This document shows positions 49,751-59,972 of a stretch of DNA of 64,000 nucleotides, piece by piece. This DNA is from Candidatus Latescibacterota bacterium (GTDB lineage: Bacteria; Latescibacterota; UBA2968). Under the pieces are notes generated by a model that did not search any database, was not told the origin of the DNA, and saw only the letters and a list, made by a program, of their open reading frames with translations. The translations under genes were made by a program, and so were the position numbers. Each line of letters opens with the position of its first letter. The stretch's first letter is position 1. The stretch is taken from contig OZ240241.1 in assembly GCA_965198115.1 (NCBI GenBank), positions 6,880,001-6,944,000 of the forward strand, in the 5' to 3' direction.

Positions 49751-50226
49751 ACGTGACGGAGCTTTCGCACATCGACGATGATGGTCGTGTCCGGATGGTG
49801 GACGTGTCCGAAAAGGCGGTCACCGATCGGGAAGCCGTGGCCGCGGGGGAGATCGAACTGGCGCCCGCGACTTCACGGATGATCGTGCAGGGGTCATCGT
49901 CGAAGGGGAACGTGCTCGAAACCGCCCGAATCGCGGGGATTATGGCGGCGAAGCGGACATCCGATCTGATTCCGCTGTGTCACCCGGTCGCTGTGACGGG
50001 TGTGGACATCGATTTCGAGATCCGTGAGGATCGGGTCGCGGTCGTGGCTGTGGTTCGTGTGCCCGACCGCACAGGCGTGGAAATGGAGGCCCTCACTGCC
50101 GTGTCCACGAGCTTGCTGACCATTTACGATATGTGCAAGGCCATCGACAAGGAAATGCAGATCGGCAACATCCGTCTGCTGCGAAAGACGGGTGGCCGTT
50201 CGGGCGTGTATACTCGGCAAGAATAA
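49744..50226 (+). CDS. moaC: Cyclic pyranopterin monophosphate synthase
   Basis: [21 protein letters not shown] and YDMCK motifs. Confidence 0.96.
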   Translation: MVDVTELSHIDDDGRVRMVDVSEKAVTDREAVAAGEIELAPATSRMIVQGSSSKGNVLETARIAGIMAAKRTSDLIPLCHPVAVTGVDIDFEIREDRVAVVAVVRVPDRTGVEMEALTAVSTSLLTIYDMCKAIDKEMQIGNIRLLRKTGGRSGVYTRQE

Positions 50227-50238
50227 GGAGATCCAACG

Positions 50239-50538
50239 ATGGAACTCTCCCTGGATCTGGTTCTGATGGTATTGACGCTGGGCTGTATCGTGTTCACCCT
50301 TCAGACGCTGATCGACTACAACAAACAGGCGTCGGTTATTCGCCCCAAGCTGCGCGAGGTTGCTCGAATCAAAGATTCGCACGAGGGAGAGATCGAAAAA
50401 GTTAAACGGACGATGGACGAGTCGGACAAGGACTGCGAAAAGTTCGATGTGGAGTTAGCGGAGCTCGAAGCCAAACATGCCGAACTCGAAATCGTGGCGA
50501 CCGACCTGAGGTCGAAGGTGGATGATGAGGAGGAATAG
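50239..50538 (+). CDS. Hypothetical single-TM coiled-coil protein
   Basis: AAGGAG RBS, N-terminal hydrophobic helix and acidic coiled coil. Confidence 0.7.
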   Translation: MELSLDLVLMVLTLGCIVFTLQTLIDYNKQASVIRPKLREVARIKDSHEGEIEKVKRTMDESDKDCEKFDVELAELEAKHAELEIVATDLRSKVDDEEE

Positions 50539-50548
50539 GGCAAGCGGC

Positions 50549-50577
50549 TTGACAGGGATTGGGCGCACGGGTAGATT
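50549..50577 (+). promoter_or_regulatory. sigma70-type promoter of tRNA-Lys
   Basis: TTGACA-N17-TAGATT. Confidence 0.7.
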
Positions 50578-50593
50578 CTCGGCCTGGATTTGA

Positions 50594-50666
<73 letters not shown>

Positions 50667-50678
50667 CTTGAGTTAGGA

Positions 50679-50706
50679 CCCTCCGGAGGTTTCCGGAGGG
50701 TTTTTT
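50679..50706 (+). terminator. Intrinsic terminator after tRNA-Lys
   Basis: CCCTCCGGA-loop-TCCGGAGGG followed by T6. Confidence 0.85.
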
Positions 50707-50898
50707 GTGCGCAAGCTGGTGATTTTTTGTAGGATGCGGCCTTCGCCGGTTCCCAAATCGCCCTTGACTTTGCTCGGGCTGGTGTTATTTTATCCACTCT
50801 GTTCGAGTTGTCGATGACCCTTGCTGTCGCATCGGGCGTGCCTCGCCCTCCAATCGGGTTGGGCGCAGTCCTCGGAGTGCGTGTAGGAGAGGAATAAG

Positions 50899-51763
50899 AT
50901 GGATCGCGAAGACATCCGGCTTGGGATTCGGAACATCAAGAACCTGCCGACATTGCCGGTCATCGTGAGTCGGGTCCTGGAAGTTGCCGATGACAGTGGA
51001 TCGAGTGCCAACGAACTGGCCGACATCGTTTCGAAGGACATGTCCGTTTCGGCGAAGGTCCTGAATCTGGCCAATTCCGCTTTTTACGGGTTTTCCCGGC
51101 GGATCACGACGATTCCTCAGGCGGTTGTGGTCCTAGGGTTCGACACGGTCCGGTCGCTCGCTTTGAGCGTGTCGGTGTTCGAATCGCTGAACACCGAGGA
51201 TGAAGACGTGAGTTTCGACCGGGAAGCGTTCTGGATCCATTCCATCGGGTGTGGGAACGCCGCTCGACTCGTTGCCAAGGCCCTGAACTACAAGGACACG
51301 GGCACGTTCTTCGTGGCTGGGCTCCTTCACGATCTTGGTAAAGTGATTCTCGACACCTATTTCCACGAGCAATATGCCGAGGTGGTCGAGGAGATGATCG
51401 AGGAAGAGCGTTCGGCGCTCGACGCGGAGACCGACATCCTGAACATCGATCACGCCGAGGTCGGGGGCTGGCTTGCCGCCCGGTGGAAGTTCCCTGAAAT
51501 TTTGGTGACCCCCATCGCGAGCCACCACAACCTGATGGCCGCCGACGAGCAGTTTATGAAAGAGGCCGTGATCGTTCACCTCGCGAACATCCTGACCAAA
51601 CGGGCCCATATCGGCCTCTGTTACGAAGAAGACATCGCCCCCCCCAGCGATCTGGTCGAGTCGGAACTCCAACTGAACAACGACCAGGTCACCTCCATCC
51701 TACGCGAGTTGCAGGGGCGAGAAGGAAAAGATCAACGATTTCTTCACGCAGCTCAGCAACTGA
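50899..51763 (+). CDS. HDOD domain protein (frameshift near 51715)
   Basis: LPTLP, LANSAFYG, AVVVLG, GLLHDLGK and W.FP motifs; removing one G gives ...LQGEKEKINDFFTQLSN* ending at 51763. Confidence 0.88.
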
Positions 51764-51791
51764 CCGACCTACCGGCTGAGTGGCCGTCCAT

Positions 51792-53324
51792 ATGGCCGAC
51801 CCAGATCTCTCCACGACGGAACCTACCGAGCGCGAAGCCAAAGCTCTCCAGGAGCTCCAACGAAGCGTTGCTCAGCGTGACCTGTACTTCAGGGAGCTGA
51901 CGAAAACCAACCAACGGTTCGAGGAGAAGGTCCGCGAGCTTTCCGTCGTTCGCCGTATCGGCGAGTCTCTCAAGTACACACGTGACGTTCGCAAGGTGTT
52001 CGAGGTCATCATCGACACGATTATCGATGAGACGAACGCCGAGAACTGCTCGTTGTGGCTGCTGAACAAGGAGGTCGGCGAGTTGTCGGTGAAGGCCGCC
52101 CGCGGTCAGATGGACGAGGAGATCAGCTACTATCATACTGCGCCCGGAACGCATCGGTTCCGGTTGGGAGAAGGCATCGCCGGGTGGGTGGCGCAGCACG
52201 GAGAGCCAATCGCGATCCCAGAGTCGTCGACAGGCGAAGTCGTCCGGCTGTTCCCGGAACTGGATGAACGGGGCGAGCCCGTTGTTATTTCCGCGCTGCC
52301 CGAAGTGCCCCAATTCCTGGCGGGTCAGTCGGCACGACGTATCGGTTCGTTGCTCGTTCTGCCTTTGGTGATCGACAACGAGGTTGTGGGTGTGGTGAAC
52401 ATGAGCCACCCCCGCGAACGCGCCTTCCAGGCCGAAGACCAGCAACTGATGACGATCGTGACGGACCAGGTCGCGATCGCCCTCAGCAACGTTCAGATCT
52501 TCGACGATCTGCAGCAACTAAACGTCGTGTTGGAGGACGAGGTCGAAAAAGCGACGGCCGAACTGCGACGAACGAATGTCGAACTGCAACTTGCGAACGA
52601 GGAAATCCAGGCCGCCAGCCAGATGAAGTCGCAATTCCTGGCGCATATGTCTCACGAGCTGCGCACACCGCTCAACGCCATCATCGGGTTCTCCGAAATC
52701 CTGGAAGACGAGACGTTCGGTCCGGTCAACGATCGACAGAAGCGCTACATACAGAATATTCTGAAGAGCAGTCGCCATCTTCTGGAGTTGATCAACGACA
52801 TTCTCGATTTGACGAAGGTCGAAGCGGGCAAGATGGAGCTCATCCAGACCGAGTTCATTCTGGCGGAGTGCCTCGCGGGTTCGATCGATGTCGTGAGTCC
52901 TCTTGCGGAGAGCAAATCGATCACGGTGACGCAGAACATCGCCTCCTCGATCGGTATCATCGTCGCCGACGAAGGTCGGATCAAACAGATCTTCCTCAAC
53001 CTTCTGTCGAACGCGATCAAGTTCACACCCGAAGAGGGCAAGGTGACGGTCACGATCGTTGAAAAAGACGACGGTATGATCGAAATCTCCGTGTCGGATA
53101 CGGGTATCGGCATCAAGAAGGACTATCAGGACCTCATCTTCTCCGAGTTCAGACAGGTCGAGGAAACCTACGCCCGTCGGTACGAAGGCACCGGTCTCGG
53201 ACTCGCCCTCACCAAACGCCTCGTCGAATTGCATTCGGGCAGAATCTGGGTTGAATCTGAAGAGGGCGAAGGAAGCACCTTCATTTTCACGCTGCCCGAA
53301 GCCGCCCGTTCCTCCCTGAAGTGA
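51792..53324 (+). CDS. GAF-domain sensor histidine kinase
   Basis: GAF domain (GEGIAGWVA), MSHELRTPL, NLLSNAIKFT, DTGIG and GTGLGL motifs. Confidence 0.92.
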   Translation: MADPDLSTTEPTEREAKALQELQRSVAQRDLYFRELTKTNQRFEEKVRELSVVRRIGESLKYTRDVRKVFEVIIDTIIDETNAENCSLWLLNKEVGELSVKAARGQMDEEISYYHTAPGTHRFRLGEGIAGWVAQHGEPIAIPESSTGEVVRLFPELDERGEPVVISALPEVPQFLAGQSARRIGSLLVLPLVIDNEVVGVVNMSHPRERAFQAEDQQLMTIVTDQVAIALSNVQIFDDLQQLNVVLEDEVEKATAELRRTNVELQLANEEIQAASQMKSQFLAHMSHELRTPLNAIIGFSEILEDETFGPVNDRQKRYIQNILKSSRHLLELINDILDLTKVEAGKMELIQTEFILAECLAGSIDVVSPLAESKSITVTQNIASSIGIIVADEGRIKQIFLNLLSNAIKFTPEEGKVTVTIVEKDDGMIEISVSDTGIGIKKDYQDLIFSEFRQVEETYARRYEGTGLGLALTKRLVELHSGRIWVESEEGEGSTFIFTLPEAARSSLK

Positions 53325-53412
53325 ATCGATTTTGAGCGATCTAGCGAGTGGCAGAGTTGTGGGAAGAATTCATATAAAGTGAGTCAACAAAATCATAAAT
53401 AGGGATGGAGAA

Positions 53413-54672
53413 ATGCCAGATTTAGTGCCCTTTCACGGAGGGTTGAAGACGCCGACGATCTGTTTGGTGCCCACGGACGATCAGGAGGAGGCGAGGGTCC
53501 GGGCGGCGACATTGCAGAAAGTCTCGGTGAGCGATGCGGATCTGTCGACAGTTCAGCGGTTTGGAGATGGTGCGCTCAGTCCCCTCGCGGGTCCGATGGG
53601 TGCGGAAACCTACCACCGCGTTCTCGAAGAATCGGTGATCGATCACGCGGGTAGTCTGTATGCCTGGACGATCCCGATCGCCCTGCCGGTGGACGAGCAG
53701 ACGGCCAACCGGCTCGGAGAGGGCGAAAGGGTCGCCCTGGTCGACGGCAACGACGAGATCGTTGCAACGCTGACTGTGTCCGATGTTTTCCGGTGGGACA
53801 AGCTGCACTATCTCGAGCGGGTTTATCTGACAGACCGGATGGACCATCCCGGCGCCGACATGGTGCTCGACGGCGATGGGAACAAGACGCATTTGATCGG
53901 GGGATCTATCGAGGTTTTCCCAACTGTAGCCCAGAGGGCTTTTGGTTCCTACGTCAAGTCCCCGGCTGAAGTGCGGTCCCTTCTTTCAGAAGCTGGATGG
54001 GACCGTGCAGTGGCGTTCCAGACGCGGAATCCTCTACATAGAGCCCACGAGTACGCCCTTGTTTATGGGCTCGAACATCTACTCCGAAACGGACACAACG
54101 CCGGAGCGTGTCTCAACCCCTTGATCGGAGAGACGAAGTCCGACGACGTGAATGCGGAAATCCGCATGCAGACTTACGAGGCGCTGATCGACGCCCGCGC
54201 ATTGGGAGATGGAGACAGCGACGTCGAGCTCTGGTCGCGGATCGGTGGGTCGGTGGCCGATCGGGTCGTTCTGTTGGGTCTGGACATCAAGATGTTCTAC
54301 GGGGGACCCAAGGAGGCCGTCATGCACGCGATTTACCGTCAGAACTATGGATTCACGGATATCGTGATTGGGCGAAAGCACGCAGACGCGCCCTACCACG
54401 ATGGAGAGGCCATATGGGGAGACTTCGACGCTCAGGAGATTTTTGAAAACCTGAACGGCGACCTCCAGATCAGGCCCCTCAACGTGGGTTTTGCGGCGTT
54501 CTACGAGTCGATCGGACGGGTCGATCTGATGGAAAATCACAAGGACGAGGATCCCGTCTTCATTTCTGGGAAAAAGGTCCGCGAGCTCCTGGGGAACGGT
54601 GATCCGGTCGATCCACGGATCATGCGACCGAGTACGGCCACGATCCTGTCCGAGGCGATGGCCGTGGCTTGA
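53413..54672 (+). CDS. sat: Sulfate adenylyltransferase (Sat-type ATP sulfurylase)
   Basis: [27 protein letters not shown] and ISGKKVR motifs. Confidence 0.92.
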   Translation: MPDLVPFHGGLKTPTICLVPTDDQEEARVRAATLQKVSVSDADLSTVQRFGDGALSPLAGPMGAETYHRVLEESVIDHAGSLYAWTIPIALPVDEQTANRLGEGERVALVDGNDEIVATLTVSDVFRWDKLHYLERVYLTDRMDHPGADMVLDGDGNKTHLIGGSIEVFPTVAQRAFGSYVKSPAEVRSLLSEAGWDRAVAFQTRNPLHRAHEYALVYGLEHLLRNGHNAGACLNPLIGETKSDDVNAEIRMQTYEALIDARALGDGDSDVELWSRIGGSVADRVVLLGLDIKMFYGGPKEAVMHAIYRQNYGFTDIVIGRKHADAPYHDGEAIWGDFDAQEIFENLNGDLQIRPLNVGFAAFYESIGRVDLMENHKDEDPVFISGKKVRELLGNGDPVDPRIMRPSTATILSEAMAVA

Positions 54673-54695
54673 CACGGTGTTACAGAAGGCCCCTT

Positions 54696-54730
54696 GCCCC
54701 CGGCCGATTTCGGTCGGGGGTTTTTCTTTT
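54696..54730 (+). terminator. Intrinsic terminator after sat
   Basis: CCCCCGGCCGA-TT-TCGGTCGGGGG followed by a T-tract. Confidence 0.8.
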
Positions 54731-54810
54731 GGGAATGAATTTCCGGGCTGGAAACTCGGTGACAGGTTCTAAGTTCATATAAAACAGTATATAAAGATCT
54801 TGCCTTCCTG

Positions 54811-54825
54811 TGGCACAGGCCTTGC
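54811..54825 (+). promoter_or_regulatory. Putative sigma54 promoter
   Basis: TGGCACAGGCCTTGC matches the TGGCAC-N5-TTGC consensus exactly; preceded by an AT-rich tract. Confidence 0.7.
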
Positions 54826-54972
54826 GACGCCCTCAGATGAACCCGTCCGCCTCGATCGATTGGGCGCTGGGTATTTCTGTACATCCGCCGATAAATACTA
54901 TGGCACTAAATAGATCTATTGTGTGCCGCGGCGGGCTTGGAACCACCCCACTTTCAAGCAGGGAGTCAAAGG

Positions 54973-56378
54973 ATGCTCGCGAAGATCTTTAAGAAGACTT
55001 CGACGCCCAAAGGCCCGGGCGTCAGCCCGGCCATCGCCAGACTGAATCAATTCGGGACTCGATCGGCGATCTGTACGGTTGTCGCGGACGGCCAGGGTCA
55101 GGACACGAACGAGGAAGTGGGTCTCGTTTCGCTCTATGCCTCGCCCAACCGTCTCTACAGCAGAGAGGGATTCATCTACCTCGCCCCCCCCCCGCAGGCT
55201 ACGACTACCAGACAGGTCCGTTACGGGGTCGTGGAGAACGAATTCAGCTGAGATTCCAGTACCAGAGGGCACCTTACAGCCTCGACTGCGAAGTCGTCCA
55301 GCGCGTTAGGTTTTCCGACCGTCTTTTGGCAGGGTTGGAGCCCCGCGTGACGATCGGGTTGAAGCTGAAGCCTTTGGGTGCAGTCGTTAAGAACGAACAC
55401 CGGCGATCCCTCCGGTTCGGTCACGTTCGGGGCGTAAAGGGGCCGGTTGTTGCCCCCAACTTCCGTTTCGACGCGTATGCCGAACGTGTGTGTGTGGATG
55501 GTTCGCTCGAGAACAAGCCCGAGGTGATTCCGTATCCCGGTGATGACGCCATACCCGAATCCGTGAAGGCGTGCGTGAGCCCTGAAGAAATGGTGGAGCT
55601 TTTCCATCGCACGATTCGCACGAACCCCGAGGCGCTCCGTTCTGTGCATATCACGAAGGCCGAACGCGATGTGCGACACGGCCGAACCGATCTCGTCTAC
55701 TTCGGCTACGCACCCGTCCTCGGTCTGGACGGCGAGACGTGGACCACCCACATCAACATCCGTCGTCCCCGACGTGTCGGGGGGCCGAATCTCAAGGATG
55801 GAGATGTCGTTATCCTTCACTTTGTGTGGCGCGAGCTGACGAAGAACGTCGACCAGCATCACAGCTGGGTCTGTCGCGTCTTCCGCACGGGTGTGAAGGT
55901 CATTACCCTCCGGCCGAAGGGCATCATCCAAAGGCAAACGGGTCTACCCGTCGTCGTGAGAGACTTCAGCGTCAGCGGCGTTTCAATCCAGAACAGCCCG
56001 CTTCTGGAAACCTACCTGTTGGATGGAGAGGGTATTTCCAGCGATCCCCGGATCCTGTGCGAACAGCTGGTCGGTCAGAGCCTTCTGTTCACGTTCTATC
56101 CGCGTCTGCACTACCCTGGCGATCTGTCGGCCTATCAGCCTCTAGTGCCGCCGGTCATTCCGCTGATCGGCGAAGTGGTCCGGGGACAGATCGACCCGGG
56201 TAAAGACAAGGGTCGCGTTGCCAATCTCGGTGTTGCCTTCCGATACGATCCGGCAGACTACGACCCGTCCCTTTACGTTGTGTCGGCGTGGGAACCTCTA
56301 CGTGCCCTGAGGGACAACCCTCATTTCAAAGAGATTCATCGATCTTTGAACGGAATGCTGGCCTACCTCAAACGATAA
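54973..56378 (+). CDS. Hypothetical protein with PilZ-like C-terminal barrel, frameshifted at a C10 tract (55184-55193)
   Basis: MLAKIFKK... joins ...AGYDYQTG...LAGLEPRV across the poly-C; DFSVSG (D/NxSxxG), GEVVR and LGVAF resemble PilZ features. Confidence 0.55.
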
Positions 56379-56401
56379 TTCTCAAAGGATCAGATCATCC
56401 G

Positions 56402-56436
56402 AAGGCCTCGCACGATGATCGTGCGGGGCCTTTTCT
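56402..56436 (+). terminator. Intrinsic terminator
   Basis: AAGGCCTCGCACGAT-G-ATCGTGCGGGGCCTTTT. Confidence 0.8.
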
Positions 56437-56640
56437 TGTCGACGATTGATGGCGTGGTAGACACACTCATATAAGGGAAGGGTGAAGTCGACGCGTAAGT
56501 GATGTATCGATTGCTCTTGTGGGCTTTGCGCCGAGTCGTGGTGCGTGCAGCCTTGCGATGCCCTAGTATTTCACACGACGAAGCCCCGTTCGATTTGGTT
56601 CGAACGGGGCGTTCCTTTGGGGCAAGCAGAGAGAAGGGGT

Positions 56641-59600
56641 TTATGAGTTGCCGGGAAGGGCATCCAGCCGATTCTGGACTCGCTCGATTTCGGCATCCCA
56701 ACCGGACTGTTCTGTGGCCGCGTCGATCCAGCGAGACCAGGCATCACGGGCGTCTTCGACGCGCTCATCTGCCTCGCACGCGAGAGCGAGACCGCGGAGC
56801 GAACCCATGTCCGAGGGCGATAGAGAGAGGGCGATGCGGTAGGCTTCGATGGCCAGTGCGGGGTCTCCTGTCGCCAGGGCGATATGACCGACGAGTCGCT
56901 GCGCGTCGAGGACACCGCTGCTCTGTTTGAGCAAGGCGGCGAGGTGATCGAGCGCGGCTTCGTATTGCTCTGCCTGGTAGTAAAGTGTGGCGAGATTCAA
57001 GTAGATGGTCAGGTCGCGAGGGGCCTTCTCCAGACCGACTCCGTAGGCTTCGATCGCCGCTTCGAACTGCCCTTGGGAGGCGAGAATAGAACCGATGTTA
57101 ACGTGCGGGTCCGCACTCTTCGGATCCTCGCGAACGGCCTCGTGGTAGTGCTCGAGTGCGGCGGCCGTGTCACCGGCGCTGAGGGCGATGTTCCCCAGAC
57201 CGAGGATGGCTGCCGATCGCTGGAGCGGATCCTCGGCGGCCATTTCGTAGGCGCTTCGTGCCGACTCGGTTTCCTGGATGTAGAGATAGGCGTTGGCGAG
57301 GGCAAGGCGGAGGTCACCACGGTCGGGTGCCTCGGCCAGAGCACGCTTGAGTGTGAGGACGGCGCTCGGCGCGTGGCCGGTCTGAATCTGCAGTGCGGAC
57401 AGGTTGAGGGCAGCGGCCTTGAAAGCGGAATCTCTTTCGAGCGCTGTCTTGTAAGCCGCCATCGCGTTCTCATACCGTCCGGCTTCCACGTCCAGACGCC
57501 CCAGGTTGTAGATGGCCTGGGGTGTCGGGTTCAGCCGCTCGGCGGATTCGAACGCGTGTCGTGCGTCAGCAGTTTCGCCGATCGCGGCGTGGGCGAGTCC
57601 AAGGTCATTCCACGCAGATCCATTCTGCGCGTCGATGGACAGGGCCCTGCGGAATCGATCGATGGCCGTTGTATGATCGCCCTGATTCAGGGCGCTTCTG
57701 GCTTCGGCGATCAGTGTGGACGGCGTGGGTGTGGGCCTGCGACGTTCGGGAGGCCGAACCCGGGCGAGCCCGGCCAGGGCCACAGCGTTCTCCGGGTCTA
57801 GCCGAAGGGCGTTGCGGAAGGCCTGTCGGGATTCGGCCCGTCGATTCAGGGATTCTGCCGAAAGGCCGAGACCGAGGAAGGCGTCGGCTCGTCGGGCATC
57901 CGAATCGATCGCTCTCATATACTGTGTGCGAGCGGCTCTGTGTCGATCGAGTTCTCTGAGCACGTTTCCGAGGGCGATGAGCAACTCGACGTCGCCCGGG
58001 GCGTGATCGAGGGCGGCAGTATAGACTTCGGCCGCGCTGGTTCGGTCGCCGAGTTGCTCGTAGACGGACCCGAGACGGCGCGAGAGTAGGACGTCGCCCG
58101 GGAATGCGGCGATGGCGCGTTCGTAGGTGCCGACGGCTTCGCGCAACCGTCCGGTTTGTTCGTAGAGGTCGCCACGGATGGCCGAGAGCTCGGGACGGTC
58201 GGCCACACTGTCCAGAATCCGTTCGACCGCTCCTGGCTCATCCAGGTTCAGGTAGGCACGTGAGAGGGGTTCGGCGATTTTGTCGACTGATGCCCCTTTA
58301 ATGAGAGCGTCCTCGTAGGCCGTGACGGCGGCCTGGAACCGGCCTCGTTCGGCGTAGAGACGCGCGGCCAAAAGAACGACGTCGGTTCGGTTCGTGTCGA
58401 GGGCAAGCGACTGAACGAATGAATCGGCGGCGCCTTCGTCGTTGAGGGTCGTGTAAGCCTCGACGAGAGGATCGGCGATGTCTTCGAGGGGCACGCCTTT
58501 GATCAGGGCGTTTTCGTAAGCTAGGACTGCGGCTTCGACGTCTCCGCTGAGGGTGTGGAGTTCGCCGATCTCGAGCAGGAGGTCGAGTCGATCGGGTGCG
58601 AGTTCGAGTGCCCGGTGCAGGCGCTCCTGAGCCATTCCATAGTCTTGCTTTTCGCGCGAGAGCTGGCCGGCCGCGTGCCACAGGTCGGCCGATTCGGAAC
58701 CGATCGCAACGGCATCCTCGAACGCCTGTTCGGCGCCGAGTAGATGATTCTGGCGGGTGCGGGAAACGATCATTCCGAGATGATGAATCGGATCTCCTGG
58801 TTGGAGATCGATGGCCCGTCGAAAGAGGCCTTCGGCTTCCGAGGGCTCACCGACGGCGATCAGGAAGCTGCCAACCTCGCTCAGCCTTTCCGGCTCCCTG
58901 TTGTAGAGGGAGAGGGCAATGTCGTAGTGGCGGCGCGCTTCATCGAATCGCCCTGCCTCCGCGTGGAGACGTGCGAGACGGGCGTAGGCCCGATCGTCAT
59001 CCGGCTGTGCCTCGAGTACGGACATCAAGGCGGAGATCTCGCCAGCCGGATCGTCGTGGGCTCGCGCCAGGGCGGCCAGAGACCAGCGAGGTCGAGGGTC
59101 TTTGGGGTCGAGGGCCGAAGCCAGACCGAAGGCTACTTTTGCACCGCTCGTGTCACCCTGGCTTTGGAGCACGCTCCCTTCGAGGAGATGGGCGTCGCCA
59201 TAGTCGGGGTCGAGACGGAGGGCTCGGCGAAGGGCTTCTGCTGCGAATCGTCTTGCCTGCTCGTCGGGTGTGGCGTGGCCGACGGCTTCGATGGCTTCGG
59301 AGATGAATCGGAAAGCGTCGACGGTATGCGTGGGTCGTCCGTAGGCTCGTAGTGCACGGGTTTCGACAACACCGAGTCGATCGAGAATCTGCTGGGTGAG
59401 GCCGTCGTAGAGCTCGAACAGACCGTCTTGTGCACCTTCGACGAAGGCACTCCCGAGCGAGACGTCTTCGGGGTAGCCGTAGAGCCGCGCGGCGAGCCAC
59501 ATTTCTGCGCCTTCGGGGACTTCCTTGGAGATAGCCGTGGATCCGATCAGCTCTCGCGCCCGCTCCCGTTCGTGAGAGTTGCCGACCCGACCGATGATGA

Positions 59601-59907
59601 GAACGTCCGTGTTCAGCCAGCGTCCGACGCGACGTAGCGCCGGAATCGGCAGTTCGCCGGCCTGTCGGATGTCGATTCCAATGGCCGCGCCCAGCTCGTC
59701 GAGGCGTGCTTTCTTCAACGGGCGGAGTTGCCCCGTTCTTTCGAGCTTCCCGGCGAGGGTTCGGGCTGTCGCGGTCGACAGCCACGCCTGATCGTGCCCG
59801 GCCGAGAAGGGGAGCACGACTACGTTGCGCCGCACCTGTCCAGATGCAGAAACCGGGAGCATCAGCGCGGACAGGAGCCAGAGCAGGGTTCGTGTGTAGA
59901 AAGTCAT
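56641..59907 (-). CDS. Large secreted TPR-repeat protein with N-terminal TolB-N/CsgG-like domain
   Basis: Signal peptide, VVVLPF...WLS N-terminal domain, then many TPR motifs (A..L.P). Confidence 0.82.
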   Translation of the reverse strand: MTFYTRTLLWLLSALMLPVSASGQVRRNVVVLPFSAGHDQAWLSTATARTLAGKLERTGQLRPLKKARLDELGAAIGIDIRQAGELPIPALRRVGRWLNTDVLIIGRVGNSHERERARELIGSTAISKEVPEGAEMWLAARLYGYPEDVSLGSAFVEGAQDGLFELYDGLTQQILDRLGVVETRALRAYGRPTHTVDAFRFISEAIEAVGHATPDEQARRFAAEALRRALRLDPDYGDAHLLEGSVLQSQGDTSGAKVAFGLASALDPKDPRPRWSLAALARAHDDPAGEISALMSVLEAQPDDDRAYARLARLHAEAGRFDEARRHYDIALSLYNREPERLSEVGSFLIAVGEPSEAEGLFRRAIDLQPGDPIHHLGMIVSRTRQNHLLGAEQAFEDAVAIGSESADLWHAAGQLSREKQDYGMAQERLHRALELAPDRLDLLLEIGELHTLSGDVEAAVLAYENALIKGVPLEDIADPLVEAYTTLNDEGAADSFVQSLALDTNRTDVVLLAARLYAERGRFQAAVTAYEDALIKGASVDKIAEPLSRAYLNLDEPGAVERILDSVADRPELSAIRGDLYEQTGRLREAVGTYERAIAAFPGDVLLSRRLGSVYEQLGDRTSAAEVYTAALDHAPGDVELLIALGNVLRELDRHRAARTQYMRAIDSDARRADAFLGLGLSAESLNRRAESRQAFRNALRLDPENAVALAGLARVRPPERRRPTPTPSTLIAEARSALNQGDHTTAIDRFRRALSIDAQNGSAWNDLGLAHAAIGETADARHAFESAERLNPTPQAIYNLGRLDVEAGRYENAMAAYKTALERDSAFKAAALNLSALQIQTGHAPSAVLTLKRALAEAPDRGDLRLALANAYLYIQETESARSAYEMAAEDPLQRSAAILGLGNIALSAGDTAAALEHYHEAVREDPKSADPHVNIGSILASQGQFEAAIEAYGVGLEKAPRDLTIYLNLATLYYQAEQYEAALDHLAALLKQSSGVLDAQRLVGHIALATGDPALAIEAYRIALSLSPSDMGSLRGLALACEADERVEDARDAWSRWIDAATEQSGWDAEIERVQNRLDALPGNS

Positions 59908-59972
59908 GGGAGAGGGTCTCTTACCTATCTTTATGATTCATCGGCAGTTTGCGCGATTTCATCACACGGATT

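Noticed and set aside
54901-54915. Second sigma54 promoter TGGCACTAAATAGAT
   Set aside because: It has the -24 element but lacks the -12 GC.
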